Part shown: positions 55,437-64,000 of the stretch, piece after piece
Layout: each line of letters starts with the position of its first letter
Numbering within the stretch: position 1 is the stretch's first letter
Source of the DNA: Obrimoposthia wandeli
Taxonomy: Eukaryota
Reading direction: 5' to 3'
Assembly: GCA_977020255.1 (NCBI GenBank)
Contig: CDROCS010000506.1
Coordinates: 1,426,001 to 1,490,000, forward strand
DNA: 64,000 nucleotides
The notes under the pieces: generated by a model
The model's database searches: none
The model's input: only the letters and a program-made list of their open reading frames with translations
Told to the model about the DNA's origin: nothing
Made by a program: the position numbers and the translations under genes

Positions 55437-56468
55437 ATGGCAACTTTTTCACTCGCTTTCGGTAGTGCAACTAAAAACACTGCAGGTAAAATTATCGAAG
55501 CTTTTTTCCCTAATCCTCTGTTAAACCCAAGTGATAAACTGGTTGCTGATATTAGTGAAGTCGTTAATTATCAAGGTCAAAATGAAGTTGTTGAAGTAAC
55601 GCCTGCACAAGCAGCGCAACTTGCAGCGGCATTCACTGCCAACGATGATGCCGCTAATGCTAAATTTGCAACTGCAGCAGCAAACAGCAAGCAACCATTA
55701 GTACTTGTGATGCTTGCGACAGATGAAAAACCAGCATCCGTTGCTGAAGGTTATTTAAAACTACAACTGATTTCACATCGTTTAGTTAAGCCGCATGGCA
55801 CAGTATTAGACGGTATCTTTGGTCTATTGCACAACATCGCTTGGACTAACCAAGGTCCTATCGATTTACCTGAACTTGCAGACCGTCAAATTGAAGCGCG
55901 TCTTGCTGGTGAAGTATTAACGGTAAGCTGTGTTGATAAATTCCCTAAAATGACAGACTACGTAGTACCGACTGGTGTACGTATTGCCCATACTGCTCGT
56001 GTACGTTTAGGCGCACACGTTGGTGAAGGCACGACGATCATGCATGAAGGTTTTGTTAACTTTAACGCTGGTACTGAAGGCGTGAGCATGGTTGAAGGGC
56101 GTATCTCTGCCGGTGTGATGATTGGTAAAGGTTCTGATATCGGTGGCGGTGCGTCTATCATGGGTACACTGAGTGGTGGTGGTCAGTTAGTTATCTCGAT
56201 GGGCGAAAACTGCTTACTTGGCGCGAACGCTGGTTTGGGTATTCCAATGGGTAACCGTTGCACAATTGAATCAGGCTTATACATTACAGCAGGTTCTAAA
56301 GTACAAATGCTTGATTCAAGCAATAAGCCTGTTGAAGTTGTTAAAGCACGTGATTTAGCAGGTAAAGATGACCTGTTATTCCGTCGTAACTCTATCTCAG
56401 GCACGATTGAATGTTTAACTAATAAATCAGCAGTTGAACTAAACGCAGAGCTACACTCAAATAACTAA
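55437..56468 (+). CDS. dapD: Tetrahydrodipicolinate N-succinyltransferase (long, Vibrio/Pseudomonas type)
   Basis: DKFPKMTDYVVPTGVRIA, GFVNFNAGT, EGRISAGV, LFRRNS; ATG at 55437 behind GGAG. Confidence 0.95.
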   Translation: MATFSLAFGSATKNTAGKIIEAFFPNPLLNPSDKLVADISEVVNYQGQNEVVEVTPAQAAQLAAAFTANDDAANAKFATAAANSKQPLVLVMLATDEKPASVAEGYLKLQLISHRLVKPHGTVLDGIFGLLHNIAWTNQGPIDLPELADRQIEARLAGEVLTVSCVDKFPKMTDYVVPTGVRIAHTARVRLGAHVGEGTTIMHEGFVNFNAGTEGVSMVEGRISAGVMIGKGSDIGGGASIMGTLSGGGQLVISMGENCLLGANAGLGIPMGNRCTIESGLYITAGSKVQMLDSSNKPVEVVKARDLAGKDDLLFRRNSISGTIECLTNKSAVELNAELHSNN

Positions 56469-56503
56469 TCTGCTTATCATCAAGCATGATTAATATGAAT
56501 ACC

Positions 56504-56528
56504 AAGCCCAGTTAAACTGGGCTTTTTT
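56504..56528 (+). terminator. Intrinsic terminator after dapD
   Basis: AAGCCCAG-TTAAA-CTGGGCTT followed by TTTT. Confidence 0.85.
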
Positions 56529-56557
56529 AGCACTAAAAATCAGTGCGAGCAGTAGTG

Positions 56558-56652
56558 TGAGTCGAATAACGCCCTAATCGGCTCACGAAATGAGTTGAAT
56601 AAATCCCTATTCGGCTCATAATATGAGTCGAATAGCTTAATTAATTGACTCA
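56558..56652. repeat. Array of three palindromic units with 33-bp period upstream of fic
   Basis: Units begin at 56558, 56591 and 56624; each has a TGAGTYGAATA arm and an inverted (T)ATTCGGCTCA-like arm. Confidence 0.9.
56595..56622 (+). promoter_or_regulatory. Putative sigma70 promoter of fic embedded in the array
   Basis: TTGAAT (56595-56600)-N16-CATAAT (56617-56622); predicted only. Confidence 0.6.
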
Positions 56653-56665
56653 CGGCGAGGTAAGT

Positions 56666-57772
56666 ATGTGGATATGGGAACAGCAAGAATGGCCAAACTT
56701 TACTTGGCATGAAGCCAGTATCGCGCCTATTTTAAGGCAAGCACACTTTAATCAGGGTTTATTACTGGGTAAAGTCAATGCGCAGAACAATAATGAACAA
56801 CAAGTTGCACTTGATACTCTACTCGCAAATATCGTCTACTCAAGCGCGATTGAAGATGAAAAGCTCAACGCCTTTTCTGTGCGTTCATCGCTAGCCAATA
56901 GATTAGGCATCAGCGAAGACAAACCCTATCCGACATCAGAGAAAACCGATGGTCTTGCCGAGATCATGCTCGATGCTATTACTAATTTAGATGACAAACT
57001 AACCCTTGAACGGATACTGAATTGGCACACGCTGTTATTTCCAGTAGGTTATACCCTATTCAATCCAGTACAAGGTGGTGTATTGCGTGGAGATACACCC
57101 ATGCAAGTCGTATCAGGACGATTAGATCGCCCGACAGTACATTTTGAAGCGCCACCTCGACATGTTCTAGATAATGAATTAACCGCGTTTATCACTTGGT
57201 TTAATCAGTCTAAATCAGATAACACATTAGATCCGTTAATACGCGCTGCAATCACCCACCTATGGTTTGTAACACTCCATCCACTGGATGACGGTAATGG
57301 TCGCATCACACGTTTATTGACAGATTTAGCACTAGCACAAGCAGAAAGCCAATCAATCCGATTCTATGCCATGTCTGTTAGCATTCTAGCGCGACGTAAA
57401 GGTTACTATGAAATATTGGAGCAAACGCAGAAAGGTGAAACAGATATCACCGCTTGGCTTGTTTGGTTTTTTGATACCTTAAACGAAACGCTGCTAACCA
57501 CATTAAATGATATTGACCAAACCGTATTGAAAACCAATTACTGGCTGCACATTGATCAAACGAAGTTAACACCAGAGCAAGCTAAAGTAATTAACCGTTT
57601 ATTAGATGGCGATTTTGATCAAGGCATAAACTCAAGCCAATATCAAAAAGTAGCGAAGGTAAGTAAAGCCACTGCGACTCGACATTTGAACGCTTTAATT
57701 GAACAAGGTTGTTTGACTAAAACCGGTGCAGGCGGGCGTAGCACGCGTTATTTGATTAATTATAAATATTAA
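56666..57772 (+). CDS. Fic-domain protein with DUF4172-like N-terminus and C-terminal HTH
   Basis: MWIWEQQEWPNFTW N-terminus, SSAIED inhibitory-helix-like motif, HPLDDGNGRITR Fic motif, VSKATATRHLNAL HTH; ATG at 56666 behind GAGG. Confidence 0.92.
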   Translation: MWIWEQQEWPNFTWHEASIAPILRQAHFNQGLLLGKVNAQNNNEQQVALDTLLANIVYSSAIEDEKLNAFSVRSSLANRLGISEDKPYPTSEKTDGLAEIMLDAITNLDDKLTLERILNWHTLLFPVGYTLFNPVQGGVLRGDTPMQVVSGRLDRPTVHFEAPPRHVLDNELTAFITWFNQSKSDNTLDPLIRAAITHLWFVTLHPLDDGNGRITRLLTDLALAQAESQSIRFYAMSVSILARRKGYYEILEQTQKGETDITAWLVWFFDTLNETLLTTLNDIDQTVLKTNYWLHIDQTKLTPEQAKVINRLLDGDFDQGINSSQYQKVAKVSKATATRHLNALIEQGCLTKTGAGGRSTRYLINYKY

Positions 57773-57805
57773 ACTATTCGGCTCATAATCTGAGTCGAAT
57801 AGTTT
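57771..57805. repeat. Downstream copy of the fic palindrome
   Basis: AAACTATTCGGCTCA-TAATC-TGAGTCGAATAGTTT; 57774-57802 is 28/29 identical to 56607-56635. Confidence 0.92.
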
Positions 57806-57879
57806 GGTTAATCGCATCACACCAATCCTTATACCGTTTTTACGCGACGACAGTACTACGACGGATTGTCCTCATCTGC

Positions 57880-59332
57880 TTACACAATAAAAGTGGCTAC
57901 TTTGCCGTTTAATTCGCTAGCTTGATGATTGAGTTGTTGCGATTGTTTGAAATAACATTCTGGCAAATTTCATCGGTCACATGTTCATTCTGCAGCAGGG
58001 CAGCAGGAGTTGCAGAGCATCCGAACAATGAGCCATTTTCGAGCTGCTATCCATTAAATTGACGGCTTTGCTGGTCGTCAGTTGCAAGGTTTCAATCGTT
58101 GCTTTAATTTCTTGTGTCGATGAGTGTGTCCGTTGTGATTCACCGCATTCAATGTGCGCATGCTGGTTTAAGCCTCACTTTAGACGCTCGAGACTTCACC
58201 AATCTTTCCGTTGTCAGTTATGTTGCAGAAGCCATTTCGCCGGTATTTGTTTGCACTCGCAATGTGCTCAGTTGATTAATTGCTGGATTAATTGTTGCTG
58301 ACTACCTACAAACAGATTAAAACTATTGGCTAAATGACCTACTTCATCGTTGGCATATATCTCAATGCGTTGGGTAAGATCACCGCCACCTTGCGCAATC
58401 AAAGCCAGCGCATCAGATACACTTCGCAAGGGTTGAAATAACATACCGCACAACAAATTGAATAAAAACGTGCAAACGACGACAACAACAAGCGTGGCAA
58501 TTACTTGGCTCCATATTGCGGCGTACAAAGGGGCGACAGCAGAATTATAATCAACCACCATAATAATAACTAAATCGTTATTCTTAATCGCTTCGGCATA
58601 AATCATGGTGTCTTTGCCGTTAACCATGACTTTTTCAACATGAGGAGCACGTAATGTTTGCTGGATCGCAGCAAAATCTAGACCTAACGACGCAATTTTT
58701 TTATTCAATAGATTAATATCTTGGTGAGCAAAAATAGCACCTTGATTATTACTAATAAGCATATACCCGTCACCAGGCAGTATGACTTGTTCCATATTTT
58801 GCACAATATTTCTAATTTCAACATCCGCGCCAATAACGACAGATTGACCTTGCAGACGATGCTCACTGCCTAATGAGACAACATTCGCCCCTGTCGCCGC
58901 GGCAACCGTGGGATTATCCATAAACACTTTTGAAGGGTCAGCTTTGGCGTTAATGTACCAGCCCCATTTTCGAGGATCATCATTACCTGCTGGCAGCGTG
59001 ATCCCATTTGCATTCTTTTGACTGCCGTCTGGAAATGCGGCGAAGACATTATCAAATTCACCAGATCGCGCCATTTGTTGTAAATGTTTCTCAAGCGTTT
59101 CCGGTGCTATATCATCAGACAACGAACTTAAAATAGTACCTTTAGATGCAATCCAATCCGCTACATATTGATTATATGAAGCTGATGACCCTTTTAACCG
59201 CTCCTCAATTTCAACATCTAAACGTTGCAGTGATGACCAAAAAGATAGGGAGGCCACTAGTATCCCACCGAGTATAATGGCAAGACTCGCCGATAATGCC
59301 AGCTTGTTTTTGAGCGACATGTTCTTAAACAT
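57880..59332 (-). pseudogene. Methyl-accepting chemotaxis protein with intact sensor/HAMP half and fragmented signalling domain
   Basis: TM-dCache-TM-HAMP is open from ATG 59332 to TGA 58268. Downstream only remnants remain: EMASAT, LNQHA, SQRTHSSTQEIKATIETLQ and LNHQASELNGKVATFIV-stop (57880). Confidence 0.85.
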
Positions 59333-59462
59333 AAAATACCTCTGATTGATTAACATAACGCTCCCAAATTCAATCTTGGGCGAGTTAATTCCATGGTGAG
59401 CAAGAATAATTGATATAACATGCGGTTCTGGTTCATGCGCCGTAGACTCGTTTCTCAGAACC

Positions 59463-59490
59463 AAAAAAGCCACTGCAAGTGCAGTGGCTT
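59463..59490 (-). terminator. Intrinsic terminator after ptsG
   Basis: Minus strand AAGCCACTGCACTTGCAGTGGCTTTTTT. Confidence 0.88.
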
Positions 59491-59509
59491 AAGTCAATCA
59501 GCGAACTGA

Positions 59510-60940
59510 TTACAGCGTATTGATATATTGTTCCATATCAGTACGTAGATTATCAGATTTAGTACCGAAGATAGCTTGAACACCTGAACCAACAACCACG
59601 ACCGCTTTTGCGCCCAGTGCTTTCAGTTTCTCATTGTCTACCTTATCAATCGAGTTAACACTGATACGTAAACGAGTGATACATGCATCAAGGTTAGTGA
59701 TGTTATCTTTACCACCGAATGCAGCAACTAGTTCAGCGGCCATTGCATCTGTTGATACAGGTGCAGCAACTGCATTTTCACTTTCATCTTCACGACCAGG
59801 TGTTTTAAGATCTAATACCTTAATCACTACGCGGAATACAATGTAGTAGACAATCGCATAAACAATACCAATACCAACAAGTAATGGCATTTTTTCAGCA
59901 TGTGGTGCTTGAACAATAAAGTCAATGAAACCGTTCGAGAACGTATGACCGTGAATAATACCCATTGAGTTAGTAATTACATAAGCTAAACCAGCAAGTA
60001 GTGCATGAATAGCATAAAGTACAGGTGCAACGAATAGGAATGCAAATTCAATTGGTTCTGTAATACCCGTTAAGAATGATGTCAATGCAGCAGAGGCCAT
60101 GATGCCTAATACTTTAGCGCGGTTTTCAGGTTTAGCTGAATGCGCAATTGCGATAGCAGCAGCAGGAAGACCAAACATTTTGAATAAGTAACCACCAGCA
60201 AGTTGACCGAAACCATTACCTGCAGCACGTGTTGCATCATTCGCAGTTAAGAAACAAGTCATAATACCATTTACCACTTCACCGGCATTATTTGTACATG
60301 TACCCGCTTCATAGAAAAATGGTACATTCCAAATATGGTGAAGACCAAATGGGATAAGCGCACGTTCAACAACACCGTAAATACCAAATGCAACCGTTGG
60401 GTTTTGATGAGCAGCCCAATCAGAGAAAGTAGCAATAACGGCACCAATTGGAGGCCAAATCACAGAAAGTAACGCACCAAGCGCAATCGAGCAGAAGCCT
60501 GTAATAATAGGCACAGCACGTTTACCAGCAAAGAAACCTAGGTATTCAGGTAATTGAATGCGATAGAATTTATTAAATGCCCAACCAGCTAGGCCACCAG
60601 CAAGGATACCACCAAGTACACCAGTATCAATTTTGTCGACACCCATCACGCCAGCCATAACACTTAGTGTCGCCGTCATAATACCGTAACCAACAATCGC
60701 AGAAAGTCCCGCAACACCGTCATTCTTAGTGAAACCTAAAGCAACACCGACAGCGAACAGTAATGCCATTTGGCCAAAGACTGAACCACCCGCTTGTTCC
60801 ATTAATTGTGAGACGACTTCAGGTAAGAAACTGAAGTTGGCAGCACCAATACCTAATAAAATACCTGCAACCGGTAATACCGATACTGGTAACATTAACG
60901 ACTTACCTACTTTCTGTAGATTTGCAAACGCGTTACTCAT
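59510..60940 (-). CDS. ptsG: PTS glucose-specific EIICB
   Basis: [49 protein letters not shown]. Confidence 0.95.
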   Translation of the reverse strand: MSNAFANLQKVGKSLMLPVSVLPVAGILLGIGAANFSFLPEVVSQLMEQAGGSVFGQMALLFAVGVALGFTKNDGVAGLSAIVGYGIMTATLSVMAGVMGVDKIDTGVLGGILAGGLAGWAFNKFYRIQLPEYLGFFAGKRAVPIITGFCSIALGALLSVIWPPIGAVIATFSDWAAHQNPTVAFGIYGVVERALIPFGLHHIWNVPFFYEAGTCTNNAGEVVNGIMTCFLTANDATRAAGNGFGQLAGGYLFKMFGLPAAAIAIAHSAKPENRAKVLGIMASAALTSFLTGITEPIEFAFLFVAPVLYAIHALLAGLAYVITNSMGIIHGHTFSNGFIDFIVQAPHAEKMPLLVGIGIVYAIVYYIVFRVVIKVLDLKTPGREDESENAVAAPVSTDAMAAELVAAFGGKDNITNLDACITRLRISVNSIDKVDNEKLKALGAKAVVVVGSGVQAIFGTKSDNLRTDMEQYINTL

Positions 60941-61312
60941 CTCTCACTCCTAAGTGAACAAACTAAATAGTGCTATAACGGTGATCCGATACAGCTGAAT
61001 TTGTTGAGGATGCATGATTAGCTTCCTTTGTTGAGTTAACTATAGCCTGCTAAAAACAATAGTCATAACAATTACCGGATCGGCTGTTTAGATTTGAATA
61101 GCCACTCACAATGGTACAAAACGGTACAATTGAATCGTTTTTTTGACAACGCTATCGCTATACCTATGCTTAAAGTGATTACATGGCGGAGTTTTACTTT
61201 AGGAAAGCAGCTGCAAAGCTGATATTTAACCTGCTACGCAGTGAAAGGGACGGGTTTAGCCTATGGTAGCGAGGTAGGTACAATTGAAAATAACCGATAA
61301 GGATAACAGTTT

Positions 61313-61357
61313 TACAGATAAACTTACGTAACAAAGTGTAACCTAAGTTTATCTGTA
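61313..61357. repeat. 14-bp perfect inverted repeat with a 17-nt spacer
   Basis: TACAGATAAACTTA (61313-61326) and TAAGTTTATCTGTA (61344-61357). Confidence 0.9.
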
Positions 61358-61395
61358 CGTTAACAAGCGAAAAACTGTGTTTTTTGCGCCTGTGA

Positions 61396-62142
61396 TTACT
61401 CGTTTGGCAGGTAATCACTTTCTTGTGCGGGCCAACCAAATTTATCAAATAAACCTAACACTTCTTCACCAACAGCGGCTTCAATATGCACTTCCTGTTC
61501 CGTCACAGGGTGAATGAAAGACAAGGATTTTGAAATCAGTAACAAGCGCTGCAAGTTAAAATGCTCGCGATAAAATACGTTATGGCGGCCATCACCATGG
61601 GTAGTATCACCGACGATAGGATGGAAGAGATGCCTCATGTGACGACGTAATTGGTGCTTACGGCCAGTTTGCGGTTCCAGTTCCATCAAGCAGTAGCGAC
61701 TCGTCGGGTGATTTTTACTGACCGCGTACGGAATTTCAACCTGATGCAAAGGACGATAATGGGTAACAGCCTCTTGTGCTTCTTTATCTTGCGTTGCTTG
61801 CTTATCGGCAATTTTATCTAACTCAACCTTCAGCGCATAATCCAATGTACCCGCTTCATTGATCCAACCACGCACTACAGCAAGGTAACGTTTGGTTAAT
61901 GCATGAGCCTGAAAAATCTCACTCATCTGCCTAGCGACTTCACTTGATAAGGCAAATAACAATACGCCTGACGTAGGCCTGTCTAAACGGTGTACGGTAT
62001 AAACATGCTGACCAATCTGATCACGGACCATTTGCATCGCAAACTGCGTTTCATGACTGTCTAACCAACTGCGGTGTACCAACAAACCAGCGGGTTTATC
62101 AATCGCGACCAAATACTCATCTTGATATAAAATATTTAACAT
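61396..62142 (-). CDS. truC: tRNA pseudouridine(65) synthase
   Basis: KPAGLLVHRSWLD, HRLDRPTSG, TGRKHQLRRH, GDTTHGDGRHN. Confidence 0.95.
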   Translation of the reverse strand: MLNILYQDEYLVAIDKPAGLLVHRSWLDSHETQFAMQMVRDQIGQHVYTVHRLDRPTSGVLLFALSSEVARQMSEIFQAHALTKRYLAVVRGWINEAGTLDYALKVELDKIADKQATQDKEAQEAVTHYRPLHQVEIPYAVSKNHPTSRYCLMELEPQTGRKHQLRRHMRHLFHPIVGDTTHGDGRHNVFYREHFNLQRLLLISKSLSFIHPVTEQEVHIEAAVGEEVLGLFDKFGWPAQESDYLPNE

Positions 62143-62207
62143 TATGCTTTATTACCTAACTGGCTGTATTTAATTATTTTTATTTAACTATTATTGAACT
62201 GTTTTAT

Positions 62208-62534
62208 TTAGCTGTTTTTATTTAACAGTTTATCAAACGTTAAAATCAGGCTTAACAATTCACGTGTATCCGCAGTAACGGGTTTAAAGGCTTCTTCTGC
62301 CATCGGGTGTATTGCCATGTTCGCAGGTAGCGGCATTTGCATGACCACCAGCTGCGTCATCTTATCTAAAAAGATAAACTGTAACCAATCAGTAAAAGGC
62401 ATAGTATCAATGCAAAATGGCTCTGTACTCGCTAACGCCTCGGCATTGGGTTTGACGTTATTCCACAATGCAGTATGTTGTAATTCCGCTTCAATCGCAG
62501 TCAGCAGCTGTTGAGCTTGCAGATAGATCGTCAT
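62208..62534 (-). CDS. yqcC: YqcC family protein (DUF446)
   Basis: STEPFCIDTM...WLQFIF; ATG at 62534; yqcC-truC synteny. Confidence 0.9.
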   Translation of the reverse strand: MTIYLQAQQLLTAIEAELQHTALWNNVKPNAEALASTEPFCIDTMPFTDWLQFIFLDKMTQLVVMQMPLPANMAIHPMAEEAFKPVTADTRELLSLILTFDKLLNKNS

Positions 62535-62728
62535 AGTTGTATCTCGACTTAAGGTTCGCGACACCCATTTAGTACCGCGACCAAACAAATTTAACGGCAT
62601 TATACGTCAGCCAAGCAAAGATACAAAAGTCCGTCGTGATCTCAATTAGCATCTTGATAGGGTTTGGGTATAATACGCCAATACTTAAGCGCCATTAGGC
62701 TCCACTTTTAACTTGGACACATTAGAAC

Positions 62729-63784
62729 ATGGCTAATATGCATACCCTCAACACGCTATCGGAATTTCTGTTACAAGCAAAGACTCAATTTCGCGTGTAT
62801 GACATGGGTCGTAAGATCAGCAAAATTTCAACCGACGATTTTATGCAGTTTGAATCAGCTCAGCGACCTTACCCTGCACCACTACAACGCCATGCTCAAT
62901 TTGCCATTACCTTTTGGAACAAAAATGAGAATAACCAACACTATATTTGGTTTCTAAAGTTCCCACTAGATGAACAAGGCTTACTCATTCAAGGGACGCG
63001 TAATGTGTTCCTTAACATGGTCGTTGAATCACTGGGTCTAATGTTAGAGAAAACCCCAAGTGAAGAACAACAAGAACATTTGGCAACAAACCCCTATGTG
63101 TTTAAACCAAGTACTGACAAAGTAGCGATGCTCAACGCCGTTATAAACCGTGATTTTATTCGCCCAGAAAGTAAATATTATCCAACAGCGCACAACTACT
63201 TTGCTAATAAGCTAGGTCTAGAGCAATGGCAAGAAGTCGGTGTTCAAGGTATTTGCGATATCGCCGCACGCTTAAACCGTGATAACAATGCACAGCATAT
63301 CGCTACCGCATTACCAACGCTGCCAACTGAACCATTATACTCACTTTGCCTCGCCCTTGAGCATGAAGCATTGCCTACAATATTGAGTGAAGCATTAGCA
63401 GCATTAATAAGCCAGGAAATAGCCCTAGAAAAGCCCGATGATGTACGTCTATCTATGTTGTTCCGTGCATTTTCAAGCGCACCAGCACAAGGGCTACGTA
63501 CAGACCTTTACCCTGCACTCTTTAAACATCATGATATTAGCCAAACGATTGTGGCATTAGCAGGTCGCTGCTGGCATGATCTGAATGATGAAGCACTATT
63601 ATTAGCCTTCTTTGAATCCGCTGTACAGCAACAACAAGGTCAAGAGTTATTTATTTACCTGTTCTCTGACTTAGTTGCAATTCCAGCACTACGTAATAAA
63701 GTATTAGCGATGTTACGTAATCCCAACCGCACCAACACCTTGGGCAGCGCAATTGGCTTACTGTTTCGTCAGCAACGTGGCTAA
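62729..63784 (+). CDS. DUF3549-like family protein
   Basis: VYDMGRKI, PYPAPLQRHA, WFLKFPLDEQGLL, WQEVGVQGICD; 351 aa. Confidence 0.8.
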   Translation: MANMHTLNTLSEFLLQAKTQFRVYDMGRKISKISTDDFMQFESAQRPYPAPLQRHAQFAITFWNKNENNQHYIWFLKFPLDEQGLLIQGTRNVFLNMVVESLGLMLEKTPSEEQQEHLATNPYVFKPSTDKVAMLNAVINRDFIRPESKYYPTAHNYFANKLGLEQWQEVGVQGICDIAARLNRDNNAQHIATALPTLPTEPLYSLCLALEHEALPTILSEALAALISQEIALEKPDDVRLSMLFRAFSSAPAQGLRTDLYPALFKHHDISQTIVALAGRCWHDLNDEALLLAFFESAVQQQQGQELFIYLFSDLVAIPALRNKVLAMLRNPNRTNTLGSAIGLLFRQQRG

Positions 63785-63905
63785 GCTAGCTAAAGTAGAA
63801 TGAATAGAACGAGTAGCATTGAAACAGCATTAACTCGCAGTAAAGCACAAGCAAACTGCTGTGACGCATAACAAAATGACACAGCTATCACGGAGTAACT
63901 AGAAT

Positions 63906-64000
63906 ATGGGAAGTTTGTTAGCCATCGTCGTTGGTTTTATCGGGATTGTGATCTTTTCACACCTGCGTAAACAAGCTGAATTAGCCAATGCATTAATCAA
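63906..64000 (+). CDS. Probable DUF3301-like membrane protein, 3'-truncated by the window edge
   Basis: MGSLLAIVVGFIGIVIFSHLRKQAELANALI: TM helix then R.QAELA; GGAG upstream; family call from recalled synteny. Confidence 0.55.
   Translation, partial: MGSLLAIVVGFIGIVIFSHLRKQAELANALI

Noticed and set aside
56558-56652. 33-bp array as a mini-CRISPR
   Set aside because: Only 5-7 variable bases between arms, no unique 30-40 nt spacers, and no cas genes in the window.
57765-57815. Downstream fic palindrome as an integron attC site
   Set aside because: The stop codon abuts it as in cassettes, but it is too short, lacks proper RYYYAAC/GTTRRRY ends and extrahelical bases, and no integrase is present.
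59333-59473. N-terminal extensions in the ORF track (MCP; likewise rpsB, tsf, dapD, yqcC, yjjB, bamA)
   Set aside because: Downstream ATGs have SD sequences and match family N-termini; the MCP extension begins inside the ptsG terminator.
61092-61110. CRP site upstream of ptsG
   Set aside because: One good half-site (TCACA), but the second half fits only with 8-bp spacing; too weak to call.
61194-61448. 84-aa ORF overlapping the truC 3' end, and other antisense ORFs inside core genes
   Set aside because: No motifs or SD, and they overlap well-supported genes.
62535-62728. CsrB-like sRNA next to yqcC as in E. coli
   Set aside because: No GGA-rich repeats or terminator in this spacer.

Overview
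Core-genome region of a marine gammaproteobacterium; the 16S V1-V2 sequence matches my recollection of Moritella (inference, not a database result). In order: 3' part of ppaC; long-chain acyl-CoA ligase; rimI-holD; a complete minus-strand rRNA operon (16S, tRNA-Glu, 23S, 5S) followed by two identical tRNA-Trp genes; rapA-rluA-DUF3530; djlA; lptD-surA-pdxA-rsmA-apaG-apaH; putP; folA and a ThrE exporter pair; a Fur-boxed heme locus (hutBCD divergent from hutXZ, no hutW or tonB); the tilS...rpsB cluster; map-glnD-dapD; a Fic gene; a decayed MCP; ptsG; truC-yqcC; DUF3549; start of DUF3301. No CRISPR array, transposase, integrase or prophage was seen. The best candidate for an unexplained system is the Fic-HTH gene at 56.5-57.8 kb. 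Its predicted promoter lies inside a 33-bp-period palindromic array, and a 28/29-identical copy of the central palindrome sits at its stop codon. Other oddities: an ApaG lacking its signature motifs, an MCP signalling domain broken by many small deletions, no visible terminator between the rRNA operon and holD-rimI, abutting microsatellites, and repeat-derived insertions in housekeeping proteins.
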